The notes under the pieces were generated by a model that was not told the origin of the DNA, did no database searches, and worked only from the letters and a program-made list of their open reading frames with translations. A DNA stretch of 64,000 bases from Candidatus Zipacnadia bacterium (GTDB lineage Bacteria; Armatimonadota; Zipacnadia; Zipacnadales; UBA5352), in assembly GCA_029821635.1 (NCBI GenBank), contig JALGSW010000011.1, forward strand, positions 5,661-69,660, in the 5' to 3' direction. The translations under genes were made by a program, and so were the position numbers. Of the stretch, positions 1 through 12,285 are shown one piece after another (positions within the stretch are counted from its first letter, which is position 1; each line of letters opens with the position of its first letter).

Positions 1-528
1 GACGATGACGCGGACACGCTCACTGTGGATCCACTGACGGACTGGCCGGAGGGCGAGGCGCTGGCGGGGCGCTGGGGGATCATCCGCCACGGGCACGGCG
101 CGTCCAGCTTCACGATCCGCGAGGTCACGCGCGAGGCCGATGGGCGGCTGCGGGTCGCGCTCAAGTACACGCCGCATCTGGTGCTCAACCGCGTGCGGGC
201 GACTTCGGCGGTGGAGGGCGAGACGATCTCCGTGCAGCCGCGCCCGGCTCATCCGTGGCGCACGCGGGCGTCGGAGCCGGATCTGCTGGGCTTCCACGTC
301 TACCGCGCGACGGATGAAGGGCCGGTGCTTGTCGGAGAGATGGCCGGGCAGAGCGCCGCGTCCAGTCGAGACAACTGGGGCAAGAAACTCGGGCCGATGC
401 TGCCAACGATCCGCGTGGAGGGCGACCCGGCGGGGGTGCGGCCCGGCGACGACCTGCTGATCACGCGCCTGCGTCCCGGCGAGGACATCGCCGAGGTGAC
501 GCCGTGGGCGTGCTTCGAGGCGGAGTGA
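1..528 (+). CDS. Hypothetical protein, C-terminal part (5' end lies outside the window)
   Basis: Frame +1 is open from base 1 to TGA at 526-528 with high-GC3 codon usage; no motif recognised. Confidence 0.7.
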   Translation, partial: DDDADTLTVDPLTDWPEGEALAGRWGIIRHGHGASSFTIREVTREADGRLRVALKYTPHLVLNRVRATSAVEGETISVQPRPAHPWRTRASEPDLLGFHVYRATDEGPVLVGEMAGQSAASSRDNWGKKLGPMLPTIRVEGDPAGVRPGDDLLITRLRPGEDIAEVTPWACFEAE

Positions 529-558
529 GGGTTGCCGAACGCCACCCTCCCGCCGCCG

Positions 559-1389
559 CTACCCCTCCTGAAACTCCTCGAACTCCGCGTTGATGATGCG
601 CTCGCGGTGCGGGATGTCGTCGATGGCCGCGATGTCCACGCCTGAGAGCGCCCAGTCATACACGCCCATGTTCTCCCGCAGGTGCTCCTCGCTGGTCGAG
701 CGCGGGATCACGATGCAGCCCTTCTGCAGCAGCCAGCGCAGCGACACCTGCGCGGGCGTCACGTCGTGCTTGTCCGCGATCATCCGAATCGTCTCGTCCT
801 CCAGGATGTGCTTGCGCCCCAGCGGCGCGTAGGCCGTCACCGCCACACCGTTGTCCTGGCAGAGCCGCGCCAGCTCGTCCTGCCACAGGTAAGGGTGCAT
901 CTCGACCTGGTTGCACGCGATCGGCTGCGGCGCGATCTCCAGCGCCATGCGCATCCGGTGCGGCTGGAAGTTGCTCACACCCATGTCGCGGATCTTCCCC
1001 CGATCGATCAGGTGCGCCAGCGCGTCGAAGGTCTGCGGCATTGGCACCTGCGGATTCGGCCAGTGGATCAGCAGCAGGTCGAGGTAGTCCGTGTCGAGCT
1101 CCAGCAGCGTGGCCTCGCACGTGGCGATCACGTCGTCGTAGTGCAGGTGCGCCGCATCAACCTTCGATGTGATGAACAGCTCCGCACGCTCGTAGCCGGC
1201 AATCGCCCGCCCGACGATCTCTTGATTGTTGTACATCTCCGCGGTGTCGATGTGCCGGTAGCCCATCGCCAGCGCCGCGGAGATCGCGCGCAGCCCCTCC
1301 TCCTCCAACAGCCGCCACGTCCCCAGACCGAGCGTCGGGATGCTGAAGCCGGACGGGAGTTCGATCGTTCGCGCAACCACTGCTACCAC
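559..1389 (-). CDS. Aldo/keto reductase (2,5-diketo-D-gluconate reductase-like)
   Basis: LGLGTW, GYRHIDTAEMY, LDLLLIHWP, GVSNF, NQVEMHP and IPRS motifs of the AKR family. Confidence 0.93.
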   Translation of the reverse strand: MVAVVARTIELPSGFSIPTLGLGTWRLLEEEGLRAISAALAMGYRHIDTAEMYNNQEIVGRAIAGYERAELFITSKVDAAHLHYDDVIATCEATLLELDTDYLDLLLIHWPNPQVPMPQTFDALAHLIDRGKIRDMGVSNFQPHRMRMALEIAPQPIACNQVEMHPYLWQDELARLCQDNGVAVTAYAPLGRKHILEDETIRMIADKHDVTPAQVSLRWLLQKGCIVIPRSTSEEHLRENMGVYDWALSGVDIAAIDDIPHRERIINAEFEEFQEG

Positions 1390-1523
1390 GCCTTCCCGGT
1401 GCCGCCTTACGCCGTGTCATCGTCGACATTCGACGCGACCGCCCGGAATGCCTGCCGGCGCGGGCAGGCTTCAGCCGCTCGACGGCGAAGCTATGCTTGA
1501 CGGGCGACGGTTCGCGCGGCCGC

Positions 1524-3403
<1,880 letters not shown>

Positions 3404-3404
<1 letters not shown>

Positions 3405-3820
3405 TGAAGGGCACTGAGGGCGTCGATCAGCCGCGCAGGGACAAGCCGTCGGGCTCTGAGGATCGGCCCGTCCCGCAGGTTCGCGAGGAGGAGCGCCATC
3501 GCGAGGAGTTCGAGCGCGCGGTGGGCAACGCCGAGCGGCGCAAGGTCCGCGCGCGCCGCCGCCGCGAGGATACGGTCTGGTTCGGGCTCGGCACCTTCGG
3601 CCTCGTCGGCTGGTCGGTCGCGCTCCCGACGCTGATCTGCCTCGCTCTGGGGCTGTGGCTCGACGGGCATTACCCGCAGCGCTTCTCGTGGACGCTTACG
3701 TTGATCTTCATAGGCATCATCATTGGCTGCCTGAACGCCTGGTACTGGCTCTCCCGCGAACGCGAGGAGATCAGCGAAGCCGCCGGCGAGCCCAACGCGG
3801 AGGACGAGCATGGAGTTTGA
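3404..3820 (+). CDS. atpQ: N-ATPase AtpQ (AtpZ/AtpI, 'gene 1') subunit
   Basis: WFGLGTFGLVGWSVALP...G.WLD...GCLNAW.W with two TM helices; operon position. Confidence 0.9.
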
Positions 3821-4130
3821 GCCGGTTCCCGTCATCATCTCGCTGGTCATCGGCACGGTCGTGGGCCTGGGGTACTTCGCCGGCCTGTGGATCACCGTGC
3901 AGACGCTCCCGAGGGCGAAGCGCCCGCGGCTGACGTGGGCGCTCAGCGCGCTGCTGCGCGTCGCCGGGGCGACGCTCGTCTTCATCATCCTCCTGCGCTG
4001 GGGTGTCACGCAGGCGGTTGCCGCCCTCGCGGGCTTCACCATCGCCCGCTTCGGCTCCACCGCGATATGGGGCCGCACGCGCGAGCCGATGATACCCGGG
4101 ACCGGCCGCAAGCGGGAGGCCGATCAGTGA
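3810..4130 (+). CDS. atpR: N-ATPase AtpR subunit
   Basis: YFAGLWITV...SALLR...GFTIAR; small membrane protein with two intramembrane Arg, between atpQ and atpB. Confidence 0.88.
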   Translation: MEFEPVPVIISLVIGTVVGLGYFAGLWITVQTLPRAKRPRLTWALSALLRVAGATLVFIILLRWGVTQAVAALAGFTIARFGSTAIWGRTREPMIPGTGRKREADQ

Positions 4131-4843
4131 ACGCAGCCGTCCGCCTCACTCCCGACGAACTCATCTTCTTCCACCTCGGCTCACTGCCGATCAGCGCCAC
4201 GCTGGTCTTCTCATGGGCGCTGATGCTCATCATGGTGCTCGGCTCGTGGCTCATCACGCGCCGCCTCACCTCGGACGTGGAGATCAGCCGCGGGCAGAAC
4301 TTCCTTGAGGTCATCGTCGCCGGCATCCGCGATCAGATCGAGGCGATGGGCGTCTCGCGCCCCGAGCTTTACATGCCCTTCATCGGCACGCTCTTCCTGT
4401 TCATCGCGCTCTCGAACATCTTTGCGGCGCTGATCCCGCGCTTCGAAGCGCCGACCGGCTCGCTCTCAACCACCGTCGCACTGGCGCTGGTGGTCTTCAT
4501 CGCGGTCCCGATCTACGGCATCTCGCACCGGGGCCTGCTCGGCTACCTCAAGCAGTACATCGAGCCGACGCCGCTGATGCTGCCGATGAACATCATCGGC
4601 GAGATCTCGCGCACGCTTGCGCTGGCGTTCCGGCTCTTCGGCAACATCATGAGCGGCTCGCTGATCGTGGGGCTGCTGCTCGCCATCGCTCCCTTCGCAT
4701 TCCCGGTCGTCATGCGCCTGCTGGGCCTGCTCACCGGCGTGGTGCAGGCGTACATCTTCGCGGTCCTCGCGATGGTCTACATCGCCTCCGCCACGCGCAT
4801 CGTCAAGGGCGCGGCGCCCGAGCAAGCCGAGGACGCGGCCTGA
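4127..4843 (+). CDS. atpB: N-ATPase a subunit
   Basis: PTGSLST, SRTLALAFRLFGNI, QAYIFAVL; GTG start overlaps the atpR stop. Confidence 0.95.
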   Translation: MNAAVRLTPDELIFFHLGSLPISATLVFSWALMLIMVLGSWLITRRLTSDVEISRGQNFLEVIVAGIRDQIEAMGVSRPELYMPFIGTLFLFIALSNIFAALIPRFEAPTGSLSTTVALALVVFIAVPIYGISHRGLLGYLKQYIEPTPLMLPMNIIGEISRTLALAFRLFGNIMSGSLIVGLLLAIAPFAFPVVMRLLGLLTGVVQAYIFAVLAMVYIASATRIVKGAAPEQAEDAA

Positions 4844-4878
4844 ACCGGCCGCCTTGTACGCAGAAAGGATGCTCTCAC

Positions 4879-5160
4879 ATGACAGGTCTCGAGCTCGTTG
4901 CAGTCGTCTCGATCGCCGTCGGTGGGCTGACGATGATGATCGGCTCGATCGGTCCGGCGTTCGCCGAGGGACGGGCGGTCGCCGAAGCACTCGGCGCCAT
5001 CGCCCAGCAGCCCGACGAATCCGGCACCATCACCCGCACCCTCTTCGTCGGCCTCGCGATGATCGAGTCAACCGCCATCTACTGCTTCGTCGTCACAATG
5101 ATCCTGCTCTTCGCCAATCCGTTCTGGAACTACTTCGTCGCTCAGGCCGCCGGACAGTAG
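4879..5160 (+). CDS. atpE: N-ATPase c subunit, Na+-binding signature
   Basis: GPAFAEG...AQQP...IESTAIY (Glu in helix 1 plus ESTxxY). Confidence 0.96.
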   Translation: MTGLELVAVVSIAVGGLTMMIGSIGPAFAEGRAVAEALGAIAQQPDESGTITRTLFVGLAMIESTAIYCFVVTMILLFANPFWNYFVAQAAGQ

Positions 5161-5180
5161 GAGGTTGGAGCTGAGCCACC

Positions 5181-5987
5181 ATGCAAATTGACTGGGTCAC
5201 AGTCGCCGCTCAGATCTTCAACTTCCTCATCCTGCTCTTCCTGCTCAAGCGCTTCCTCTACGGCCCGATCGTCAAGGCCATGGAGGAGCGCCGCGCGCTT
5301 GTCGGCGCGCAGATGCGCGAGGCGCAGGAGCGCGAGACGCAGGCCGAGCAGGAGGCGCGCAAGCATCGCGATGCGCGCCGCGAGCTCGAGGAGCAGCACG
5401 ACGAGCTGATGCAGCAGGCGCGCGCCGAGGCCGATGACCGGCGCAGGCAGCTTATCGACCAGGCACGCGAGGAGGTCGAGGGGATCGAGCGCCGCTGGCA
5501 TGAGAACCTGCGCGACGAGCGCGACGCGTTCATCCGCCGACTGCGCGAGCAGATGGGCCGCGAGGTCTGCGCGGTCTCCCGCCAGGCGCTGGCGGACCTC
5601 GCCAACCGCGACCTCCAGGCGCAGGTCGTCACGGTCTTCATCGGACGCCTCGGCGGGCTTGACGAGCAGCGCCGAGAGGAGCTGCGCGCGGCTCTCGCCA
5701 ACGCCGACCGCGGCCCCACCATCACCAGCGCATTCGAGCTCAGCGCCGGCCAGAAGAAGGACCTGGCGACTGCCGCTCGCGGCGTCCTCGGCGGCGACGA
5801 CAACGTCCGCTTCCTCCGCGCCGAGGAGCTGCTGTGCGGTGTTGAGCTGGGCGTGGGCGGCCGCAAGATCGCCTGGAGCCTCGACAGCTACCTCGACGCC
5901 CTCGAGGAAGCCCTCATCGCGGCACTCGAGCGCGAGACCGCAGAGGAAGGCGAGAGCACCGAGGGGCGGGCGGCCGCTCATGAGTGA
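5181..5987 (+). CDS. atpF: N-ATPase b subunit (b/delta-like fusion)
   Basis: [25 protein letters not shown] anchor, long coiled coil, C-terminal delta-like GVEL...IAWSL..YL. Confidence 0.93.
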   Translation: MQIDWVTVAAQIFNFLILLFLLKRFLYGPIVKAMEERRALVGAQMREAQERETQAEQEARKHRDARRELEEQHDELMQQARAEADDRRRQLIDQAREEVEGIERRWHENLRDERDAFIRRLREQMGREVCAVSRQALADLANRDLQAQVVTVFIGRLGGLDEQRREELRAALANADRGPTITSAFELSAGQKKDLATAARGVLGGDDNVRFLRAEELLCGVELGVGGRKIAWSLDSYLDALEEALIAALERETAEEGESTEGRAAAHE

Positions 5988-7599
5988 GCGCCCGGCCGCG
6001 CGCGAGCTTGCACCCGGCGGGCTGATGTCCACGCTCGACGACGTCTCCGCCGCGCTCGATCAGTCTCTCCGCGGCCGCGACGGCCTCGTCCTCGAGGAGG
6101 TGGGTGTCACCACGCGCGTCGGCCAGGGCATCGCGCGCGTCCGCGGACTGCCGAACGTGCGCTCTGAGGAACTGGTGCGCTTCTCCAATGTGCGCGGGAG
6201 CGCGCGCGGCAGCGCCCTGATGGGCCTGACCTTCACGCTCTCCGAGGACGAGGTCGGCGTGATCCTGCTCGGCGAGGGTGAGGGGCTCAGCGCCGGTGCG
6301 GAAGTGCGCCGCACCGGTCGCGTGATCGACGTGCCGGTCGGGGAGCAGCTCCTCGGGCGCGTGGTCAACGCCCTCGGCGAGCCGCTCGACGGCCGCGGGC
6401 CGGTTCGCACCTGGACCCGACGGCCGATCGAGCGCGAGGTGCCGCCGATCACGGACCGCGCGCCGGTCACCGTGCCGCTGCAGACCGGTCTCAAGGCAAT
6501 CGACGCGCTCATCCCCATCGGCCTTGGGCAGCGCGAGCTGATCGTCGGCGACCGGCAGACCGGCAAGACCGCCGTCGCCATCGACACGGTCATCAACCAG
6601 CGCCACACGAACGTCGTCTGCGTCTACTGCGCCATCGGCCGGCGCAGCGACAGCACCGCACGGGTCATCGCCGACCTGCGCAAGCACGGGGCGCTCGACT
6701 ACACCGTCGTCGTGGTCGCGTCCGGCGAGGACGCGCCGGGGCTGCAGTACATCGCACCCTACGCCGCCACCACGATGGCTGAGTTCTTCATGGAACGGGG
6801 CGGCGACGCGCTCGTGATCTACGACGACCTGAGCCAGCACGCGAAAGCCTACCGCGAGGTCTCCCTGCTGCTTCGCCGCCCGCCGGGACGCGAAGCCTAC
6901 CCGGGCGACATCTTCTTCATCCACTCGCGCCTGCTCGAGCGCGCCACCCACCTGCTCCCCGCCCTTGGCGGCGGCTCGATGACTTCCCTGCCGATCGTCG
7001 AGACAGAGGCGCAGAACATCTCGGCATACATCCCGACGAACCTGATCTCCATCACCGACGGACAGGTCTACCTCAATCCCGAGCTCTTCCAGCGCGGCAT
7101 CCTGCCGCCAATCGACATCGGCGAGTCGGTCTCGCGCGTCGGCGGCAAGACCCAGTTGCCCGCCTACCGCGCCGTCGCGGGCGACCTGCGGCTGCAGTAC
7201 ACGCAGTTTGAGGAGCTGGAGCAATTCGCGCGCTTCGGCACGCGCCTCGACGACGACACGAAGACCAAGCTCACCCGCGGTCGGCGCGTGCGGGAGGCGC
7301 TCCAGCAGCCGCAGTACGAGCCGATCCCGGTCGAGGAGCAGATCGCGGTGCTGCTCGCCGCCAGCCAGGGCGTATTCGATGAGATTGGGCCCGAGGAGGT
7401 CGAGCGCGCGGCGGGCCGCGTCCGGCGCGCGATGGTCGAACGCCTGCCCGAGCTGTGCGAGCAGATACGCGCGGGCGAGCCGCTCAGCGACGAGGACCTC
7501 GAGGAGATCGAGACCACCGCGCGCCAGGCCGTCTTCCTCGAGCTTGCCGATGACGGCGCCGATGAGGCCGCAGGCGGGGGCAGCGATGGAGACAATTGA
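5980..7599 (+). CDS. atpA: N-ATPase alpha subunit
   Basis: [27 protein letters not shown]; ATG at 5980. Confidence 0.97.
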   Translation: MSERPAARELAPGGLMSTLDDVSAALDQSLRGRDGLVLEEVGVTTRVGQGIARVRGLPNVRSEELVRFSNVRGSARGSALMGLTFTLSEDEVGVILLGEGEGLSAGAEVRRTGRVIDVPVGEQLLGRVVNALGEPLDGRGPVRTWTRRPIEREVPPITDRAPVTVPLQTGLKAIDALIPIGLGQRELIVGDRQTGKTAVAIDTVINQRHTNVVCVYCAIGRRSDSTARVIADLRKHGALDYTVVVVASGEDAPGLQYIAPYAATTMAEFFMERGGDALVIYDDLSQHAKAYREVSLLLRRPPGREAYPGDIFFIHSRLLERATHLLPALGGGSMTSLPIVETEAQNISAYIPTNLISITDGQVYLNPELFQRGILPPIDIGESVSRVGGKTQLPAYRAVAGDLRLQYTQFEELEQFARFGTRLDDDTKTKLTRGRRVREALQQPQYEPIPVEEQIAVLLAASQGVFDEIGPEEVERAAGRVRRAMVERLPELCEQIRAGEPLSDEDLEEIETTARQAVFLELADDGADEAAGGGSDGDN

Positions 7600-8488
7600 G
7601 GGCCTCCGCGCGCGCATCGGCACCGCCGAGAGCCTTCAGTCCGTCGTCTCGACGATGAAGACCCTCGCGGCGGTGAGCATCCAGCAGCTCGAGGGCGTCG
7701 TGCGCTCGATCGACGAATACAACCGCACCGTCGAGCTCGGACTGCACGTCGTGCTGCGCAATCGGCCAGAGGGCGTGGAGCTGACCGATCCGGTCCTGAG
7801 CGACGATCTCGGTCTAATCATCTTCGGCTCCGACCAGGGCATGTGCGGGCAGTTCAACGAGGACGTCGTCAGCCACGCGGTGGAGGACATGCACCAGGTC
7901 GGCGTCGAGGGCTGCGAGCGCGCGATCCTTTCCGTCGGCGCCCGCACCACCGCGCACATCGAAGCCGAGAGCATGAGCATCGATGACTACCTCGGCGCGC
8001 CCGCCTCCGCCGGCGCCATCGCGCCCGTGGTCGAACAGGTCGCGCTGCAGATCGAGCGCTGGCGCGCCGAGCGTGGCTTCGACCGCATCTTCATCTACTA
8101 CAACCAGCGCGTCTCGACCGGCCGCTACCGCCCGACCACCCACCGGCTGCTGCCCATCGACCAGGCGTGGCTGGAGCGCATCGGCGGGCGCCACTGGCCC
8201 ACGAAGGTCCTCCCGCAGATCCACATGAACTGGCGCGAGCTGCTCTCTGAGCTGCTCCAGCAGCACATCCTCGTGGTGCTCTACCGCGCCGCCGTACACT
8301 CAATGATGAGCGAGCACACCGCGCGGATGCAGTCGATGCAGGCGGCCGAGCAGAACATCGACGAGCGGTTGGAGGAGCTGCGGTCCAGCTTCCGCCAGAC
8401 GCGTCAGACCTCGATCACCGCCGAGCTGCTGGACATCGTCTCAGGCTTCGAGACACTGACGGGCCCCGACCAATCCACCTCCCACTGA
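7586..8488 (+). CDS. atpG: N-ATPase gamma subunit
   Basis: [36 protein letters not shown]. Confidence 0.96.
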   Translation: METIEGLRARIGTAESLQSVVSTMKTLAAVSIQQLEGVVRSIDEYNRTVELGLHVVLRNRPEGVELTDPVLSDDLGLIIFGSDQGMCGQFNEDVVSHAVEDMHQVGVEGCERAILSVGARTTAHIEAESMSIDDYLGAPASAGAIAPVVEQVALQIERWRAERGFDRIFIYYNQRVSTGRYRPTTHRLLPIDQAWLERIGGRHWPTKVLPQIHMNWRELLSELLQQHILVVLYRAAVHSMMSEHTARMQSMQAAEQNIDERLEELRSSFRQTRQTSITAELLDIVSGFETLTGPDQSTSH

Positions 8489-8632
8489 CACCGAATTGTG
8501 ATATATAGAGGCGCCATTGCGGCAAGGCAATTGCTATTCTGCGGGGAATTTGCTAAACTGACACATGCGCACATAATCGACAGCAGCGGAGGAGAGACGC
8601 TCTCCTCATCCACGTGCACCCTTGATTGCCCC

Positions 8633-9262
8633 ATGAGCGACAAGCGCAGCGATGAAGACCGGCTGGTGGCGCGCGCTGCAAGCTGCGACGATGACGCGTT
8701 CTGCGCACTCCGCGACCGCTATCGGCAGCATCTGCGCGTTTTGATCGCCCGCTACGCTCCCACTCCGGCCGACCTCGAAGACATCTACTCGGAGATCATC
8801 GCGAGACTCCTTGCCGACAATAAGCGCGCGCTCCGCAACTGGGAGCCGACCGCGCCTTTCGCCGCGTACCTCACGACCATCGCGGTCCGCCACTGCCTCA
8901 ACTGGCTCGACCGAAACTCGCGCCACCCGCGCACGGTCGTGCTCTCAGCGGGTGGCGGCGATGCGGACGAGCGCGAGATGCTCCAGGAGATGATCGAGGG
9001 CGATGAGGACGATCAGCCCGACCGGATCGTCGCCCGGCGCGCCCGCAGGGATGCCATGCATCGCGCGCTGATGGAGTTGACGGACAGCGACCGCCTCGTG
9101 CTGGCGCTGCGCTTCGATCAGGGCATGACCGGCCCGGAGACCGGGCGCGCACTGGGGATCGCCTCCGGTGCGGCTCGCCAGCGCATCTTCAGGGCCCTCC
9201 GCCGCCTCGCGATCGTGCTCGCGGAGCGTGATGAGGACGAATTCCTCCTCACCGGCCGGTAA
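8633..9262 (+). CDS. ECF RNA polymerase sigma factor
   Basis: Region 2 (EDIYSE...FAAYLTTIAVRHCLNWL) and region 4 HTH (ETGRALGIASGAARQRIFRALRRL). Confidence 0.9.
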   Translation: MSDKRSDEDRLVARAASCDDDAFCALRDRYRQHLRVLIARYAPTPADLEDIYSEIIARLLADNKRALRNWEPTAPFAAYLTTIAVRHCLNWLDRNSRHPRTVVLSAGGGDADEREMLQEMIEGDEDDQPDRIVARRARRDAMHRALMELTDSDRLVLALRFDQGMTGPETGRALGIASGAARQRIFRALRRLAIVLAERDEDEFLLTGR

Positions 9263-9296
9263 CGGCGTACGACTCCCGCGTGTTAAGTAGACGGGA

Positions 9297-9986
9297 ATGG
9301 CCATGCAGGAATGTGATGCCCTCAACAGGTACGTTGCCCACCTTGAGGCGTCCGACGGCGCGGAAGAGCCGGAGGAGGACCTGCTCGCACACCTCGAGCA
9401 CTGCGAGCATTGCCGCGCGGAGCTGGGGCGCGTCCGCCGTGCGGCCGCCTCCGTGCTCTCCTACCACTTCGACGACCACGCAGATGCGCCACATCTGAGC
9501 GACCTCGACCTCGCGATCTTTGTCGCCCACGGCCTCGACGCGCCCAACGCCGACGACGCGGTGACGCACCTCGCAAGCTGCCGCGAGTGCCGCCGGCAGT
9601 TCCGCCAGGTCCGGCGGCTGTTGGAGCAGCATGAGGACCTGATCTACGGCGACGCGCCCCGCTCCACCATGCCCGACCGCTCGTTCGCGGACCAGGTGCG
9701 CCTCGTCTTCAGCGACCCCGCACGTGTCGCACGCGTGGTCAGCGGCTTCCTCGCATGGATCCTCGAGTGGGCGATGCTCGTCGTGGTGGTCTTCCAGGTC
9801 GGCGTGGGCCACCTCGTGAACCCGAACGCCATCGGCATCAGCCCGGCCACCGAGTTCCTCGGCATCATGCCCCGGGCCCCGCTGCGCTTCTGGCTGATCA
9901 CCGGAACCTGCATCGTGCTCGCACTCTTCTTCCGCTGGCTCGGCATCCAGCTCTATCACTCCGCCGTCGAGCAGGAACGGAGGTGA
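9297..9986 (+). CDS. Membrane anti-sigma factor with two zf-HC2 (ZAS) motifs
   Basis: HLEHCEHC and HLASCREC, two C-terminal TM helices, directly downstream of the ECF gene. Confidence 0.8.
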   Translation: MAMQECDALNRYVAHLEASDGAEEPEEDLLAHLEHCEHCRAELGRVRRAAASVLSYHFDDHADAPHLSDLDLAIFVAHGLDAPNADDAVTHLASCRECRRQFRQVRRLLEQHEDLIYGDAPRSTMPDRSFADQVRLVFSDPARVARVVSGFLAWILEWAMLVVVVFQVGVGHLVNPNAIGISPATEFLGIMPRAPLRFWLITGTCIVLALFFRWLGIQLYHSAVEQERR

Positions 9987-10048
9987 CAACGGCGAAACGC
10001 CATTCTCCGGAGCGTTCGAGCTTCGAGGCAGTGGCGTGAGGAGATCGA

Positions 10049-12250
10049 GTGATGGCACGAGGCCTGCTGGCGACCGCGGTGATCCTGATCGGCGTTTGCA
10101 GCGTGTTCGCGCAGGACGATCAGCCGTGGTACCGAACGCAGATCCCTGAAATTACCCCCGAACGCTGGACCGTGCCCGTCCCGCCGATCCCCGAGCCTCG
10201 CACCGTCACCCGCGATGACTACCTCGACTACATCACCCGCACGTGGGAGACGCAACGCGAGTACTGGGTCGAACGCGCCGGCGACCCGGAGGTGAAGAAC
10301 CAGTACACCTTCGCGCGCCGCGAAGCGTTCTTCTACCAGGTCACCGGCGACGACCAGCGCGCGCTCAACGCCATGCAGTTCATCCGCGGCGACCTCGCCT
10401 ACTGGACCGAGGGCGCGGGCATCGAACGCCCCACCGGCTTCAACGTGCTCAAGCCCGCGCTCGACACGTGGAAATGGATCCGCGACTGCCCCGCGCTCAC
10501 GCAGGACGATCACGACACCGCTCTGCAGTGGTTCCTCGCCATCGAGGCGAAGGCGGCCAACTTCGAGTACGGTGCGATGAACCGATCCGCCGGCTGGGCG
10601 GTCGCGCGCGACATCCTCGCCCGCGAGTACCCCGACCTGCCCGGCAACGATGAGCGCCGCGAGTACGCCGACACCGTCTGGAGCGAGTGGTGGCCCTTCC
10701 GCGACACCGCCGAGAATGCCGAGGGCTACAACGGCCTGTGGCTCGCCTACGCGGTCGCCTGGGCCGAAGCGCGCGGCGTCGAGATCTGGGATGACCCGCA
10801 GTTCGAGACCCTCTGCTACCGCTTCCTCGACCAGGTCACGCCGATCGGCGTCATGACCGCCTACGGCGACGGCCCCGGCTTCAACTCCCACGTCGGCCAC
10901 TGGATGCGTGTGCTGGAGGAGCTCGCGAGCGGCTTCGGCGACGGGCGCGGGGGCGCACGCTTCCGCTGGGCCGCCAACCGCCTCTTCGACTGGACCGTCG
11001 CGCGCGAGGAGGCCATGCTGCAGTGGGGCAACATCAACTTCAACCTCGCGGATGACCTCATGCACGGCTGGCTGGCCGCCGACGACGCCATCACACCCGT
11101 CATGCCCGACACCGGCAGCGTCGTCACGATGCGCGGGCAGATGGAGTTCATCCCGCGCGAGGAGCGCGCGGAGACCAGGCGCCACGACCGGCTCCTCGAG
11201 GGCGAGGTGCCGAATAAGCTGCTGATGCGCACCGGCTGGGCGCCCGATGACAGCTTCGCGCAGATCGAGCTGTGCCGGCCGATGGGCCACGGCCACAGCG
11301 ACGTCGGCGGCATCTCCGCCTACGTGACGCAGGGCAGCGTCCTGCTCTCCGACACCCCCTACCTCGTCAAGGACCACCGCTGGCACAACTGCTTCACGAT
11401 CGAACAGTGGCCGCAGCCCGAGGGCCGCTGGCGCTGGCGGGCCGATGAGTTCGCGGCGATGGCCACGAGCGTCGAGCGCTTCGACACCTCCGCGCTGGGC
11501 ACGTTCGCGGACCTGCGCATCACCGACTACATGCAGCAGCCCGCGACCGTGCAGCGGAGCATCTTCATGCTCGGCGACGCGGGGCTGTGGATCGAGGACA
11601 CGCTGCAGGCGACCGAGGGCTACCACGCGCGCTTCGGCCCGGCCTTCCAGACGGTCGCGATCTACGGCGAGCGCGGCAGCAACTGGGTCAACACCTGCGA
11701 GGTGACGGTGCCGGTCGCGTTCATCTGGGAGCTGCAGTACATGATGCAGTGGCCGAACCGCCCGTGGGACCTGCTCTTGTGGTTCGATCCGGCGAACGCC
11801 GCGGAGCTGGCGATCGAGGACGTGACGCAAGATGACACACGCGCGGTCCCCGATCGGCCACTGATGAACAACTTCAAGTGGCGGGTCGCCTGGCGCGCTG
11901 AGGACGATCTGCTGCCCGACGCCCCGCGGACCTTCACGAGCGTGCTGGTGCCGCACGCGCCCACGGAGGACGCGTCGCCGATCGCCGACGGGATCGAGGC
12001 GATGGCGGGCGAGGGCTGGTCGGCCGTGCGCGTGCCCGACGGCGATGGCCTGGTATGGGCGATCCGCAACAGCACCGGGGGGACGGTCGAGGTCGGCACG
12101 GTGACGACTGACGCGGAGCTGGCGATGATGCAGGTGCGCGACGCCAGGGTCACGGGGTACTGGGTGGTCGAGGCAACGACGCTGACGGTCGGAGGGGAAA
12201 CGATCTTCAGCGCGGCAGAGGCCACAACTGCCTGCGAGCAGGTTGAGTGA
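10049..12250 (+). CDS. Secreted heparinase II/III-like polysaccharide lyase
   Basis: Signal peptide; helical N-terminal half; LLMRTGW...GHGHSD...HN in the C-terminal beta domain. Confidence 0.6.
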   Translation: MMARGLLATAVILIGVCSVFAQDDQPWYRTQIPEITPERWTVPVPPIPEPRTVTRDDYLDYITRTWETQREYWVERAGDPEVKNQYTFARREAFFYQVTGDDQRALNAMQFIRGDLAYWTEGAGIERPTGFNVLKPALDTWKWIRDCPALTQDDHDTALQWFLAIEAKAANFEYGAMNRSAGWAVARDILAREYPDLPGNDERREYADTVWSEWWPFRDTAENAEGYNGLWLAYAVAWAEARGVEIWDDPQFETLCYRFLDQVTPIGVMTAYGDGPGFNSHVGHWMRVLEELASGFGDGRGGARFRWAANRLFDWTVAREEAMLQWGNINFNLADDLMHGWLAADDAITPVMPDTGSVVTMRGQMEFIPREERAETRRHDRLLEGEVPNKLLMRTGWAPDDSFAQIELCRPMGHGHSDVGGISAYVTQGSVLLSDTPYLVKDHRWHNCFTIEQWPQPEGRWRWRADEFAAMATSVERFDTSALGTFADLRITDYMQQPATVQRSIFMLGDAGLWIEDTLQATEGYHARFGPAFQTVAIYGERGSNWVNTCEVTVPVAFIWELQYMMQWPNRPWDLLLWFDPANAAELAIEDVTQDDTRAVPDRPLMNNFKWRVAWRAEDDLLPDAPRTFTSVLVPHAPTEDASPIADGIEAMAGEGWSAVRVPDGDGLVWAIRNSTGGTVEVGTVTTDAELAMMQVRDARVTGYWVVEATTLTVGGETIFSAAEATTACEQVE

Positions 12251-12285
12251 CCAGCCGCCGCCACGCGAGCGCACAACAGGAGGCG

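Noticed and set aside
6150-6220. Short [10 protein letters not shown] insertion or micro-duplication in AtpA
   Set aside because: In frame and in a probable N-terminal loop; no evidence of functional significance
8489-8632. AT-rich gap as a possible oriC or small RNA
   Set aside because: No DnaA boxes seen; best explained as the ECF gene promoter region
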